Shown here piece by piece: positions 44,549 through 61,572 of a stretch of 64,000 bases of DNA. Each line of letters opens with the position of its first letter. The first letter of the stretch is position 1. Below the pieces are notes generated by a model that did no database searches, was not told the origin of the DNA, and saw only the letters and a program-made list of their open reading frames with translations. Source of the stretch: the human T2T-CHM13v2.0 reference genome, Homo sapiens; assembly GCF_009914755.1 (NCBI RefSeq), contig NC_060932.1; one strand, written 5' to 3'. The position numbers were made by a program, and so were the translations under genes.

Positions 44549-45001
44549 AAGGTTTATTATTATTATTATTATGAAAAATTGTCAATATACATAAAAGTAG
44601 AGAGACCAGTTGAATGAGCTATCATATACCCATCACATAGGTTTAAAAACTATTAACATTTGCAATATTTACTCTATTTGTTTTTCTGAAGTATTTAAAA
44701 AATAGTTCACAGTAGTTATGTAATTGCATCCTGATATTCACCCCTACGTAATTTACTTTCCCTCTAAAAACATGAGGGCATTTTTTATATGATCATTGTC
44801 ATACCTAATCAAATTACCAATAATTCCTTAATATCCTCTAAGATCAAGTTTACATTCAGATGTCTTGTCCTCAAAATGTCAATTGTGATTATTTTTTTCT
44901 TTGAGCAAAGATAATAAGATCTCAAGATTTAATGACAGAGATTCCATGTTAGCCCTGATGTCTAAGCTCTGTGGTCCATTGTGGCTTTACTTGAAAGTCT
45001 C

Positions 45002-45307
<306 letters not shown>

Positions 45308-46296
45308 TCATAATAAAAGGACACTCCATTTCCCATCTGGCCCCTGCTCCTTAATATTAGCCCCCTGCTGTGGGGAGAAGGGGGTGACCTTCATCGCAGG
45401 TTCAAGCATTCCCAGGGCTGGCTCTGATCCCGATAAAGCCCATCATGAATGAATGCCTCCCTTGCAGGTTATTCTAAGTATTGTAAATAGTGCACGTGGA
45501 GCACCCTCATGATGCCTGGGATGGTAGTGAATATTTATAGGTTTCTTTTAGTGCCTTTTTTTTTTAGTGTTTTCCATAGTTCCATGTTTCTACAACCCTT
45601 AGGAACATCAGAATCATGTGTGTGTGGGTGCTTATTAAATACACCAATTCCTGGAGCTCACTCCCAGTGACTCCCAGTCTGATGATTAGGGGCTCAGCTA
45701 GGACCTATGTTTGCAAAAGCTCCCAGGTGATCTCATGCAGCCAGCCTGTCTCTGGCTCTGGCTCTGGCTCTGGGAGCTGGGTTGGGAACTAGTCTTTGGT
45801 GCTATTCTGCTGAAACTTCAAGTTGGGCTCTTTGACTCCGTCTTGTATTGTCACCCCTTGTATTCAGATCTGTTTTTCCCCTGTATTGTAAATTCCTTGA
45901 TGTCTGGGTCATCTCAGCTCATGAGCTGAGCTTTCAGTGGGTGCTCAGTGGAACAGGTGCTGAGTGGAGTCAGGCTCTAGGGAGGCCAGCGTGTGCTGGT
46001 AAGTGAGAGACAAAAATCATTTTAAAAAGAATCTTTTTGCCCTTCAGTTGTGTTTACCATGAGTTAATGTGACTTACTCTAGTGGAAGCCAGTGCAGCTT
46101 AAGTGGAAGTCTTGCCCTGAAATGGAGCAAGGTTATGGATCAGCAAAGCTGCCAAAAGCATTTTGGGGGAATTGTTTCTGTGTCACCCTCAGTTGATTGA
46201 ACTCAAGTTTTCACTCCCTTTTAACACCACGTGGGGGCCATTCTGACTTCTGCGGAGTGGGTATGATCAGGTCTTCTGTAAAAGTGTCAGTGAGGA

Positions 46297-46663
<367 letters not shown>

Positions 46664-47193
46664 CTACTGAACAAAAACCATGGGATACCAATGCTGGAGG
46701 AAGAAGCATCATCCTCAGTTTCTACTAACTCAACCACGCATGAGATGGGGACTTGGTGTCCAAGAGCAGAGCCTCTTTTTAGGTCTTCAGCCTTGATCAA
46801 ACCATTTCTGAATTCCTCATACACATATAATCAGGTACTATGAGTGCTACTGATTGGATAATCTTTCTGTCGTTTCCTGTGCTAGGAAGGAAAATGCATG
46901 TACAGCTAACTTCCTTGAGGGTTCGTTCTTTTGCATCAGGGTGTCTCAAGCTCCTGCTCTTAAAACACCTGCAAGAGAATCATCCAGGCGGCTTGCTCGC
47001 TCTGCATGCAGACCCTTTAGAATCAGAATCAGAATCCCTGGGGCTGGAGCCACAAAATGAAATGACATTTCAACAAGTTTGTCATCACGTAAGAGAGAAT
47101 AGGTGAGTATTTGGATACCTATAATACAAAGTAGATTCAAAAAGAATAATGATTATTTTAAATGTTATGTTTTTAAAAATTTAATACAGAAAA

Positions 47194-47535
47194 GGCTGGG
47201 AACGGTGGCTCACGCCTGTAATCCTAGCTCTTTGGGAGGCCAAGGCGGGTGGATCATTTGAGATCAGGAGTTCAAGACCAGCCTGGCCAACAAGGTGAAA
47301 CCCCACCTCTACTAAAAATATAAAAATTAGCCAGGCGGTAGTGGTGCGCGCCTGTAATCCCAGCTACAGGGGAGGCTGAGGCAGGAGAATTGCTTAAGCC
47401 TGGGAGGCGAAGGTTTGGTGAGCTGAGATCGTACCACTGCACTCCAATGTAGGTGACAATTGTTTAACCACCACCAAAATGGTTTCTGAGTCCAAATATT
47501 AATATGAAGGACATTGGTGACATTGTCTCAAAAAA
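47194..47535 (+). mobile_element. Alu carrying a ~65-bp insertion near its 3' end
   Basis: Alu runs to GGTGACA (47458), then foreign sequence, then TGTCTCAAAAAA. Confidence 0.85.
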
Positions 47536-47867
47536 TTAATACAGAAAAGTACAAAAAGGGAGAGAAATCACCCCAAATCTCACGACCCCAAGAAATAAAC
47601 CTCCTAATATTAAGTGAACAACATTCCTTGCTATGCACAAAGATGGCTAGAGACATGAACAGACACTTCTGATAGCACAAAATCAGATTTTAAAAAGAAG
47701 TAGCAAATTGAATGCTGTGTAAATTTATCAGAAGAAAAAGAAATGGAAGTGAAACTGAAGGAACTGGTCAACTCAGATAAATGTAGTTTTTCCTCACTAA
47801 AAATCAGTTTCTAGAACGTCAAAGAAATCAAAGATGATGAAAACTATTAAGATGTTTTATATATATG

Positions 47868-48350
47868 TAGAAGTCTTTACAGTTTATTAATCATCTCATG
47901 AAAAATTTGTACAGTCACTGCAAATAAAGTCATTGCAAAATCTTTACTCCTTTTGCTTTTTGCCAGCACTGACATTGGCCTTTGCAGTCTCTTGACTTCT
48001 TTCTGCCCTTGCATTCCTGTTGCTGTTTTCTTGAGGTCATCTTCTTCTCATGCCAGCTGTGTCTTGCAAGTCTATGTTTGAGTTCATTTTTCTTTGCATA
48101 ATTCAAAGAACCAGATAGCATGCCAAAGCCCATTGTTTAACCACCACCAACATGGGTTCTGAGTCCAACTATTAATATGAAGATGACACATATTGTGGTC
48201 TTGTACATTTTGTTGTCTTTCCGGGGTGAAGGACATTGGTGACCATTTGTTTCCTCTGGAGTGGTCGATTGGTCATGAACTTCCTGGTCCAGATAGTTAC
48301 TGTGCCATTCATGATGGTGGTTGATCCTCAGGTAGTTAGGGAGGAAAATA
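47868..48350 (-). pseudogene. RPS24: RPS24 processed pseudogene
   Basis: TOP-like TTTTCCTCC 5' end; ATG at 48312 [30 protein letters not shown]; MYKTT; RTHVGGG; [21 protein letters not shown]; TAA at 47944-47946; AATAAA at 47883-47888; intronless with internal deletion and stops. Confidence 0.9.
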
Positions 48351-48798
48351 AACAAGAAGTTATATATTTAAAACCACGTTTCAATTTTAGACCTGATTAA
48401 TTAACTTAATAAAGGGCATTAACACTTCTACTTCCTACAGTCCCTCCCTTTACCTCTGGAAACTAGTTATTTCTAGGTTGTTTTATGTTGTTAAGGTTGA
48501 CCACCTTCTCTTTCTGTTCTGCAATCATAGTCCTATTTTTAAATGGATTCACCTCTCATCATTAGCCTTTTGTCATGGTCATTCAATTCACAAGTTGCTT
48601 ATTTTTTAATTTCTTGGCTGACTAAATTTTATTATGAAGACTTTTTTTTTTAAAGAGCTCAGAAATACTGTATTCTTTAAGTTCTTGAACTTGTGATAGT
48701 GTCTATTGCCTATTTTGATTGGGCAATAATTTAGCTGGCTATAAAATTCTTGGATTATACTCTATTTCCCTTAGAAATTATAGGCACCCATCCACTGA

Positions 48799-49122
<324 letters not shown>

Positions 49123-49490
49123 TCATTGTGCTTTGTACTAACCCCCTTTCCCTGGTCTCTTCCAGCTTGTCTTCTTCTCTCCCAGTAGTTTCTTCATGAA
49201 GAGGCCATGTACTATATTCCATGAGATATTTCAAACTCAAAGAAGACTTCTTTTATACTCTTTTGATAATTTGTCTGGGAATCACTGTCTTGATTTATAA
49301 GAGGGTTTATAATAAATACAGTAAAAGAGAAACACAACATATTTTGAGACATCAGAGAAGGGAGAAACCAATTCTATTAATATTTGGGGTTAGCAGGGAA
49401 GGCTTAGTTAAGAGGTAACATTTGACCTAAGTCTTGAAATAAGGGAAGGATTTGGACATGCAGTAATGTGGAGAGAGTAGAAGCAAGACA

Positions 49491-49948
49491 TGATGGTTAG
49501 TGTTATGTATCAATTTGACTGGGTTGTGGGGTGCCCAGATATTTGGCTACACATTATTCTGGGTGTGTCTCTGAGGTATTCTGGATGAGGATAACATTTA
49601 ATTGGTAGACTGAATAAAGCAGATTGTCCTCCCCAATGTGGGTAAGCCTCATCCAATCCACTGAAGGCCTGAACAAAACAAAAAGGTAGAGTCACAGAGA
49701 ATTTGCTCTTTTTACCTGATTATATTTGAGTTGGGACATCAATATTCTCCTGACTTTAGATATGGACTCGAGTTGGAACTCTATCATTGGCTGTCCTGGG
49801 TCTCCAGCTTGCTGGCTGCAGACTCCAGGACTCCTTAGCCTCCATAACCATGTGAGCCATCCCTTAAAACAAATCAGTCTGTCTCTGTCTATGTGTATAG
49901 CTCTACCTCTATCTCTCTGTTCTTTCTCTGGAGAACCTAGAATAATAC
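49491..49948 (+). mobile_element. MLT2 (ERVL) solo LTR
   Basis: TGATGGTTAGTGTTATGTATCAATTTGACTGGG...TTTCTCTGGAGAACCTAGAATAATACA. Confidence 0.8.
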
Positions 49949-50526
49949 ACAAGGTTATATTAGAGAAGAAGATGACCCAAGGAAAAGCATGGAGTCAGAA
50001 AAGTGCAAAGAGGGTTTGGGAAGACTGGGGTCCTGATGGGGAGTTTGGATTTCTCTGTGTGTAGCATGGAGAATCCTTGAAAATAGTCAAGAGGTGAAAA
50101 TTGTATCTGTGGAAGAACACCAGGAGTATGTGAAAAGAAAAACATTCACTCCGTTTTAACTCCACTGAAGGGGGCATCAAAAGGATACACTGGGGACATG
50201 GGTTGGAGGGTAGTTGAGGCCATATCTGGAGGATCTTTACTTCTAGGCTGAGTCTGAATTTATCTTTCTGGGGAGTGGGAGATTAAAAATCTTTGAGCTC
50301 CACTCAAGAGATGGTTTTGCTAACAATGGCAGGGCGACGGTGGTGGTGGTGGTGGTGGGAAACTGGTAGCATGAATTCTAATTGGGCTTCTGTTATTCCA
50401 GCCGAGAAAGTTGGGGAATGGACTTTCAGTAGAATAATACAGACCTGGGAATCAACTGCATGGAGGAGGTAGTTATAGGTGATGAGATGGCTCAGGGACA
50501 AAGTTGTGTAGAAGGAGAAAAGATAC

Positions 50527-50605
50527 TAGTCTGGTACAAAAATAATTGCTGTTTTTGCCATTACTTTTAATGGCAAAATCCACAATTACTTTTGCACCAA
50601 CCTAA
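50527..50605. mobile_element. MADE1 (Hsmar1 MITE), ~80-bp palindrome
   Basis: TGGTACAAAAATAATTGC..TTTTGCCATTACTTTTAATGGCAAAA..CAATTACTTTTGCACCAACCTAA. Confidence 0.85.
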
Positions 50606-52276
50606 TTAGGATGCAGACTTCAGAGCCATCTGCATCAGAGGGATTGATGAAGATCAGCAAAGTTTGGGAACACAGGAAAGGAGAGGGGAGGGTAATGACT
50701 TGAGGGCATAGCAGGGATAATCAAGGTTTTTCCTGTTAGCATGTGGAGACTTAAGCATGATTATATGTTAATCGCCTGGCACATACATGGTGCGAAATAT
50801 TTATGAGTGAAATGACAAGTGAAGGTGGTGAGTCATGGGAGTTCCAAGGGAATGGGTGATAAAGGGAGGTCTCAAATGAGGCACAAGTGGAGAAGGTAGC
50901 TTGGGAAAGGAGAATGATGCTTCTCCTTATAAGATGGGAAAGGCAGAGGAAGAGGGTCAAGATACAGTGATCTAGGGGTGAGATGGAAGTGAGTTGAGAG
51001 AACTCAACTCTGGGCTCTGAAACCCCTAGGGATGGGTTTGGGGGGCTTTGAGATATGGAAGAGGTTTAAAGTTAATTATTATAGCAAATATGGTTTGGAA
51101 TTTATTTGTCACGCTTAAAAATATTGCTGAACAGAAGTGAAGTCTACCCTAGAGTTGGATGGTGAGATTATTTAGTGGAACTACCAGATCCATGTTGTGA
51201 TTCTTCCCAGTATCATTCAGCAGCCCTTGGGCAGTTGCGAGGCAAGTCATCAATGGGGTATGGAGATTTTCCAGGTGGGTGTGGTTGAAGGCAGGGAAGA
51301 ACGCGTTTAGGAGCACATTACAAGAAGGTGACTGTAAGGTCCAGGCTGAGCAGGAAGGTAAAGCAAGAAGGAAACATGAGGTTGTGAAGAGAAGTTTAGA
51401 GGGATGAGGAGGCAGGAGAGGTGAACAGTTGCAGGATGTAGCTAGAGTGGCGATGTTAGATCTAGGGGCCAGACAGCTTTACAATGATGATGAAGATCAA
51501 AGGGCATTAGAATCAAGCTATAAAGAGCCACTGTTTGATGTTGGGATGTGAGGATGCTGCAGGTGGATGTGTGCACATTGATGGTGAGAACATGGTCACC
51601 CTGGCCCTGCTGGGTCTTTGCTAAAAAGACTGTGCTCTGTTCTTGGGGCCGTTTTCATCACCTGATTAGAGCAGTGGTCCCCAAATGGTGTTCTTTGGAC
51701 CATCTGTATAAAATGTTCATAGGTCAAGGATAAAATGGAAAAACAGAGACTGTGTCACAGAAATGTACCCACTGGTGAAAGACCACCAGCTGTCCTTTTT
51801 GGAGGATTGTTCTTTATTCTAAAAATGTATATATTCTGTTCTATTAAAACATTTTTGTATTTGCATTTTTTTTCTCTTTTATGAAATGCCATGGGGTAGA
51901 ACTTTGTAATGTATCCAATTCTCCTGTCTTCATGCATTGCCCTGTGGTGGGGGAGGGGATGTGGCTAGTACTGGCCAAGAGGCTGGGGGCAGAAGTGCAG
52001 TGTTAGACTTCTAGCCTGGAGTATTTAATTCCTAGTACAAGACTGTCTAGCATTCTTCTCCCTCTGTTCCCTGCTTGGTGATACTTGAGGTATTGCAGCC
52101 CCCATTAGCCTTAGTCTTAGGGCAAGTTTGATGGGAAACAGAGCACCCCACACCTCCCTGCAGATGAAGCATGAGTGAGAAAAACAACTTCTGATGTTTG
52201 AAGTTACCAAGATTTAGGAGTTGTTTGTTATTGCAGCAAAACCTCACCTATTCTGACCAATCATGGTGGAATTTCT

Positions 52277-52287
52277 GTGTGTATGTG

Positions 52288-52318
<31 letters not shown>
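52277..52318. repeat. (TG)n microsatellite
   Basis: Seen directly. Confidence 0.9.
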
Positions 52319-53479
52319 AAAACTGGTAGTTTAAAAAAGTTCCTTCTTACCAAAAAGAAAAAAAAGTAGCAACCTTATGTTGGTTCTCAAATTAATAAAA
52401 TATTTTTACTGGTTTATAAAATAGAAAAATCTGAGAATCTGTAGCTTAGAGAACTACAGTGTGGGATGCCTATAAAGACCAGGTTATTTTATCAGCTCCT
52501 AACACCCCTTAATAGAAGCTTAGCCAAGACTTGGACTATTTCAGTATTTCCCATTCCACATTCCATGGACTCTTGAAGAGACATTGATGAAACGGTGCAG
52601 CCATGAACCACCCTCACTCAATCCTAGTGGCAGAATCCCCCTTTTACTGCAGAATGAGCTTCTTGCTACAGTGATACTTGAACCCCTTAGATATATCCTG
52701 TACTAATTATATTAAAACACGACCAATGCTTTTGCTTTGTTGTCCCCCAAATTAAACACCTTAATCATGAGAACCCAGAGAATTGGATTTAGTGTGACCG
52801 ATTCCAAACTGTCAGTAAGAACACAATTAGGTTATATTTTTCTCCAGTTCAAATAAAAGAAAATTGACAATAAAATGCTGATCAATATGTGTAGCTCAGG
52901 AGGTAGAGCCTGCTTTGAGATGCAGAAGTGTTTGTTTTTTTTAGATCCATATTCTTCAGTAAAGAAAAAATCCATCTCTCTTTCCTAGAGGGGAAGACTT
53001 TCAGAGCTGGGCTTGGCAACAGCCTATCAGAGGCTGAATTAAACAAATAGGTACCTCCCTGGAGTGAATGGTGCATTTCTCCTATTCGGGGAACCGTGCT
53101 TTTATGGTGGAGTTTGCTTTCTGTCTTGGTCTCCGGATGTGTGTATCTGTGGATTGATGTCTGCATGTAAATGGCAATGTATACCTGTGTGGGTGTGTAG
53201 AAAATTCCCATGTGAATCTCAGGTTTGTGGGGATCTCCAGGTCTTGAGCCCAGAAGATGCCAGTTGAAGAAAAGTCACTTGAAAATGAGACAGAAAGAAC
53301 GGAAACTAAATCCTAGCTCTAAAGGCACCAGGCTGATTAAAAACAAAACTCTGGATCTTCTTTGTTTTGGACTCTACCTACCTCCAAATGACATTTCTGT
53401 TTCCTCTGAAATGATTAGAATGACAGAGATCCTGAGCACGAAAGAGCAGATACTGTGTGATTCTGTGTATGTCAGGGTG

Positions 53480-53695
53480 TCAGCTGTGAGGCTGCTGACA
53501 TTTCGGCTCAGCAATTTCTCTGTTGTATGTGTGGGGGTTCCCTGTGCATTTTAGGATGTTGAGCGGCATGCCTGGATCCCTGGAGTCACTGGATGCAGTA
53601 ACACAACTTCCTCCAAGTACAGACAACCCCCAGTGTCTCCAGATATTGCCTAATGTCCCCAGGGAGCAAAATAGCCCATCTGAGAACTGCTGCTT
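53480..53695. mobile_element. MER20-like DNA transposon
   Basis: CCCTGTGCATTTTAGGATGTTGAGCGGCAT...GTCTCCAGATATTGCCTAATGTCCCC...TGAGAACTGCTG. Confidence 0.75.
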
Positions 53696-53840
53696 TCATA
53701 AAGTACAATGTCTGGTGAAATAGGTAGAGGCTGTTTTTAGTCAGGCGTTAGTAGAGATGGAAGAGACCCCAGGAACATCCTGGAAGGGGCTGTAATGTTC
53801 TGTTTCTTGAATTGGGTGTCGGTAATATGGAGACGTTCAA

Positions 53841-54150
53841 TTTTTTTTTTTTTTTTTTTGGCAGGATCTTGCTCTGTCACCCAGGCTGGAGCACAGTGGC
53901 ACCGTCTTGGCTCACTGTAGCCTTTGCCTCCTGGGCTCAAGCAGTCTTCCCACCTCAGCCTTCCTGAGTAGCTGGAACTACAGGCAGGTGCCATCACTGT
54001 TGCCTAATTTTTGTATTTATTTATTTTTTGTAGAGAGGGGGGTCTCACTATGTTGCCCAGGCTGGTCTCGAGCTCCTGGGCCCAAGCAGTCTGCTCACCT
54101 CGGCCTCCCAAAGTGCTGGGATGATAGGCATGAGCCACTGCGCCTGGCCA
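53841..54150 (-). mobile_element. Alu (J-type)
   Basis: Antisense dimer. Confidence 0.87.
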
Positions 54151-54589
54151 GTATGTTCAGTTTGTAAGAAAAGTACTGTGTTGACCTCTTCTATGTGCAC
54201 ATTTCTTTAAGTAATAATTCAATAAAGCATTTAGAAAAATTGGTCATAATAGGAGTGATTTGTAGAGTGATTGGCATGAAAGCTGATCACCTTAATTTGA
54301 ACTACTCTGAAATGAGCACCAGGGGCCACCAAGTGGAACTTTTCAAGGTGTCATAGCCAAGGATAGGAGTGTGTTGTGTACATCTCTGCATAAAGGATTT
54401 GCTGGTTACATGGAAGGATGAAGCCTCCTTCTGAGGACAGAGGCAGCAAGGCAAGTGGAAGCCGAAAACATTGAGCTTTGTAAATGGACTTTGCTAAAAT
54501 CTTGTGGATGACTCATGCTCTTAACATACACCCATGTACATATTGTCCATATAAACATTAATTCTGTAACAAGCCCCACACATAAGGGT

Positions 54590-54880
54590 ATTTTTTTCTT
54601 TCGAGACAGTCTTGCTTTATTGCCCAGGCTAGAGTACAGTGGCATAATCGTGACTCACTGCAACCTCCACCTCCTGGGTTCAAGCAATGCTTGTGCCTCA
54701 GCCCCCCGAGTAGCTGGGACTACAGTTGCACACCACCATGCCTGTCTAATTTTTGTATTTTTAGTAGAGACAGGGTTTCAACATGTTGGCCAGGCTGGTC
54801 TCAAACTCCTGGCCTCAAGTGATCTGCCCACCTCAGCCTCCTAAAGTGTTGGGATTACAGTTGTGAGCCACTGTGTCTGG
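54590..54880 (-). mobile_element. Alu
   Basis: Antisense dimer. Confidence 0.87.
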
Positions 54881-55015
54881 GGCCACACTTAAAGTTTGAG
54901 TTTAGATAGAGAAACTCTGGCAGGACTGAGGAATTTGGCCACAGTCTCTGGGAAATATGCACAATTTCTGGAATCTTCTCTACTTGCAGAGTTCCCACTT
55001 TCTATCTGTCTCCTA

Positions 55016-55399
<384 letters not shown>

Positions 55400-56039
55400 T
55401 CAGAGTTGACTCTGACACAAATTTGGTAAGAGCCCAAGGTCTGGCTGGGCAAGGACCTTGATCGGCTTCATCCTGCAGCCTCTACTAGAATGAAGAGCAC
55501 TTTTTCCTTTACTCATGAAAATGTTTTGTGCTTCGTACCTACAAGTACAATTTGTGTTAATTCTGCAAAATATGCCACATAACTCTGCCTGTATTCTTAG
55601 CATTTTTCCTTTGAGAGATTTCTCAGCACATCATCTTTGGACTATGTGGAATTGGAAATTTACTTAGAGTCAACAACAAGTACAGGAAAGTCAGTTCTTA
55701 GCCAAGAGTTAGGTTTTCAAAGACAGTGGATAAAATAAACAATCTAGTACAGTCAAGATTATACGTGCAAATCCCCTCATCATTCATAAAGTTTAGCCGT
55801 CAGTCTTACCGTGGCTCACCAGGTCCAATCCATACTTCTTCCTCCACGATTGGAGCAGAGGGTGATTTTTTTTTTTTATGAGCAACTGCTGAAGTCATTT
55901 AGAGACCATTTGCAGTAGGAGCCCTGTGTACTAGAGACCAATCAATGTGCCCTCATGGCACCATTTCTGCCTCTCTCCCTCTTTGTTCTTGCCAAGTACC
56001 CATAGTTCATTTTCCATAGATTAAAAGAGCCCAAGTTGG

Positions 56040-57090
<1,051 letters not shown>

Positions 57091-57159
57091 AATGCAAAGA
57101 AAAAACAGCCCAAGATGCAATTTTATTCAACACTTGATTGGCTTTAGAAATAGATTCCA

Positions 57160-58640
<1,481 letters not shown>

Positions 58641-58641
58641 T

Positions 58642-58712
58642 CATACATACATACATACATACATACATGCATACATGCATACATACATACACACATGCGC
58701 ACATACATACAT
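58642..58712. repeat. (CATA)n simple repeat at the Alu tail
   Basis: Seen directly. Confidence 0.88.
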
Positions 58713-59016
58713 ATCCAGGCTATACCTCTGGTGATTCTGACTCAGTAGGGTGGGGTATCCCCTAGGGATCCTGCTGTTCAGCCTGGTCTGGGATCCACTT
58801 TTCATTGGGAACTGAGACACTGGCTGTGAGCCTTTCTGTCCTGTGATGTAGAGGTCATGGCGACGCAGGTTCAAGCTTAAGGAGACCTGACTGTGCGTTA
58901 GGTATTGTGCTGAACATCATCTCTTACTCTCACAGCAACATCCTTAGAAGGTTAATGATGTGTCCCCGCTCTACAGATGAGAAACTGAGCTTTGAGAGGA
59001 GTTTAGCTTGTTCAAA

Positions 59017-59696
59017 ACTTATTCTTCCTATTGGAAAATTTGTACCCTTTGAGCAGTGTCTCCTATCCGCTACCTTTCCTCCACCCCAGCCCCTGATAAA
59101 CACTGTCTTACTCTCTATTTCTGTGAGTTCAACTTCTTTAGATTCCACATATAAGTAAAATCATGCAGTATTAGTCTTTCTGTGCCTGGCTTATTTCACT
59201 TAACACAATGTCTTTCAAGTTCATCTATGTTGTTGAAAATGACAGGCTTGCTTTCTTTTTTAAGGGTTAATAGTATTCCGTTGTGTGTATATAGTACATT
59301 TGCTTTATCCTTTCATCCACTGACGGACACGTAGGTTGATTCTATATCTTGGGTATTGTGAATAGTGCTGCAGTGAACATAGGAATGTAGGGATCCCTTC
59401 GACATATTGATTTCGATTTTTTTTTGTCTATACCCAGAAGTTGGGTTGCTGGATTATATGCTTTGAAATCTATAACACAGCAGCGTGACTATAGTCAATA
59501 ATAACGTATCTTTCAAAATAACTAAAAGGCTACATTTCAAGTGTCTCATCATAAAAATTGTCAATAAATTAGGGGATGGACATGTTAATTAGTTTGATCT
59601 AATCATCCCACATTGTATACACATATCAAAACATCACATAAATGTGTACAATTATGATTTGTCAATTAAAATAAAGTTAGTTAAAAAAATAAGTAA
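59017..59696. mobile_element. 5'-inverted L1MA-type element inserted in a MIR
   Basis: Antisense segment 59017-~59460 then sense 3' end ~59462-59690; flanking CTTGTTCAAA at 59007-59016 and 59697-59706. Confidence 0.75.
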
Positions 59697-61572
59697 CTTG
59701 TTCAAAGCCCCAGTTGGGATTGATGGAGCCGGGACATGCACCAAGGCTTATGCTCTCAGGCTCACAGAGTCCTTGGTCCACAAATGTTGAAGCCCTACCT
59801 GAGATTTCTACTGAGATCAGTGTAGGGATTCGATGTCTCAGAATCATCCCATCCTCCAGGGCCCACAAGTCCATGACCGTTGGCTCTACCCCCGACCCTG
59901 CTGACCTGAAATGTGGCACCTGCTTTCATTTCCAGGAGCATACAACACTTACACCAAGCATTGATGGGTTTTATTGACTTCATTTGAGATTGGGGCCGTG
60001 GAGAGGGTCCCATGATCCTTGCTTGGTGTTGGCCAACTCATTGACTTCGCTCTTTGACTTCACCCTTCCCTTTTCTACTCACCTCCTCTGTCATGGATTG
60101 CTCTGGGAATTCTGAGCCCTAGTTCCTTTATTTTGCAGATAACCTTCACTCTTCTCTGCAACGAATCCCAAAAGTATGTAGTTGAGCTGACTGCAAGGTG
60201 CTTGACATGCAAGAGGCTCCACAAATGGGATTCGGCCTCTGGAAAGTGGTGGTAGTTCCAGATTTATGTGTATGTTACTTTGTTTTTCCCTATAAAATAT
60301 ATTCTTTAAACTATCAAGCTCTTGGCTCCTGGATGCAGTCCTTTGCTGGTGGCAGTTGGCTGGGTACTGTCACTGGGGAGAAATGCTGCCCACTTAGAGA
60401 AAGAGTAACTGGTTCTCTTTAAGAGGCAGAGGAAGGTTTCCAGTGCCAGTTTGTTTGGAGGCAAAATGGCTGTTGTATTAAAATTGCCCAAACTTGGGCT
60501 GGTGCCTTGTGTGTTTAGAGCTCAAAGCCATGATTGTTTTCATTTTTTTTTTGGTGGTCGGTTTTACATCCTTTTGCTTGGTAGGTTTCTGCTAATAGCT
60601 TCAACCTCAAGAGTGCCATTATACAGACACTAATAGCACCTACTATGTGTCAGGCATTGGAGATAATATAATGATGAACAAGATAAACATGGCACTTGGA
60701 AAAGAGAGTCTAGTTCCCACTCTCAGCCCACCCCAAAGAGAGGCCAGAATTGGGCTTCCAAAGATCTCAGATGCCCTTGCAGCACCTCCCTGTAGAGGGC
60801 GGGTGAAGCCTTGGTGTCTGAAGAGAATTTGGCTGGACAATCCCCGAGGTTTGGAACGATGGGAAAGAGCTGCCATCTGTGTTTAAGGTGAGAAGGGGGG
60901 AGTGGCTGTATATCAGAGGAAGCCAAGATGAAGAGAAGGTTTTTGTGAGTTCCTATGCATAGTGGAGACCTGTTCTAGTGAGGGTCCCTGGGGCTGAGCC
61001 TGTGGTTCAGTGGAATGATGCTGTGAGGAGGGTCTTTTTATAGCAGATGGCCCAAAAAAGGCTGATGGATCATGAGCAGCTGGAAGAATGGAGAGTTCGG
61101 GGGAAGGAGTTCCTACCTGGCTTTCCAACAGTGTGTAAGCCCAGAATTCTTACATAAGCCCATGGAGAAGGGAAAGCAATGATGGTAATGACAAGATTGA
61201 ATTCTCCACCTGCCAGGCATCCAGGGACTCAGAGCAGATTTAACTGAAGTTACAGAAATAGGAATGTGACATTTCCTACATCCGGATGTGCTGGAGCAAA
61301 ATGTATTCCCTCTCTGGTTTGTGAGGAAGGAGAATGCTAACAGACAAGACTCCAGGTTTTCGCTCTTAAACCTGGTGCCTAGAAATGCATTTTCTACTGG
61401 ATGCAGACAGAAGCTCCATATAGACATATCCATCGCTGCATCTCTCATGCCTTGTGTTCTCCCTAATTTTCCCTTTTTAACCCACAGAGGAAGAAAGTTC
61501 AAGCACCACTTCTGGCCTCTCAAGAGTGAGTTTGGTGGCCAGGTGGGGTTATTCATGCCTGTAATCTTATAA

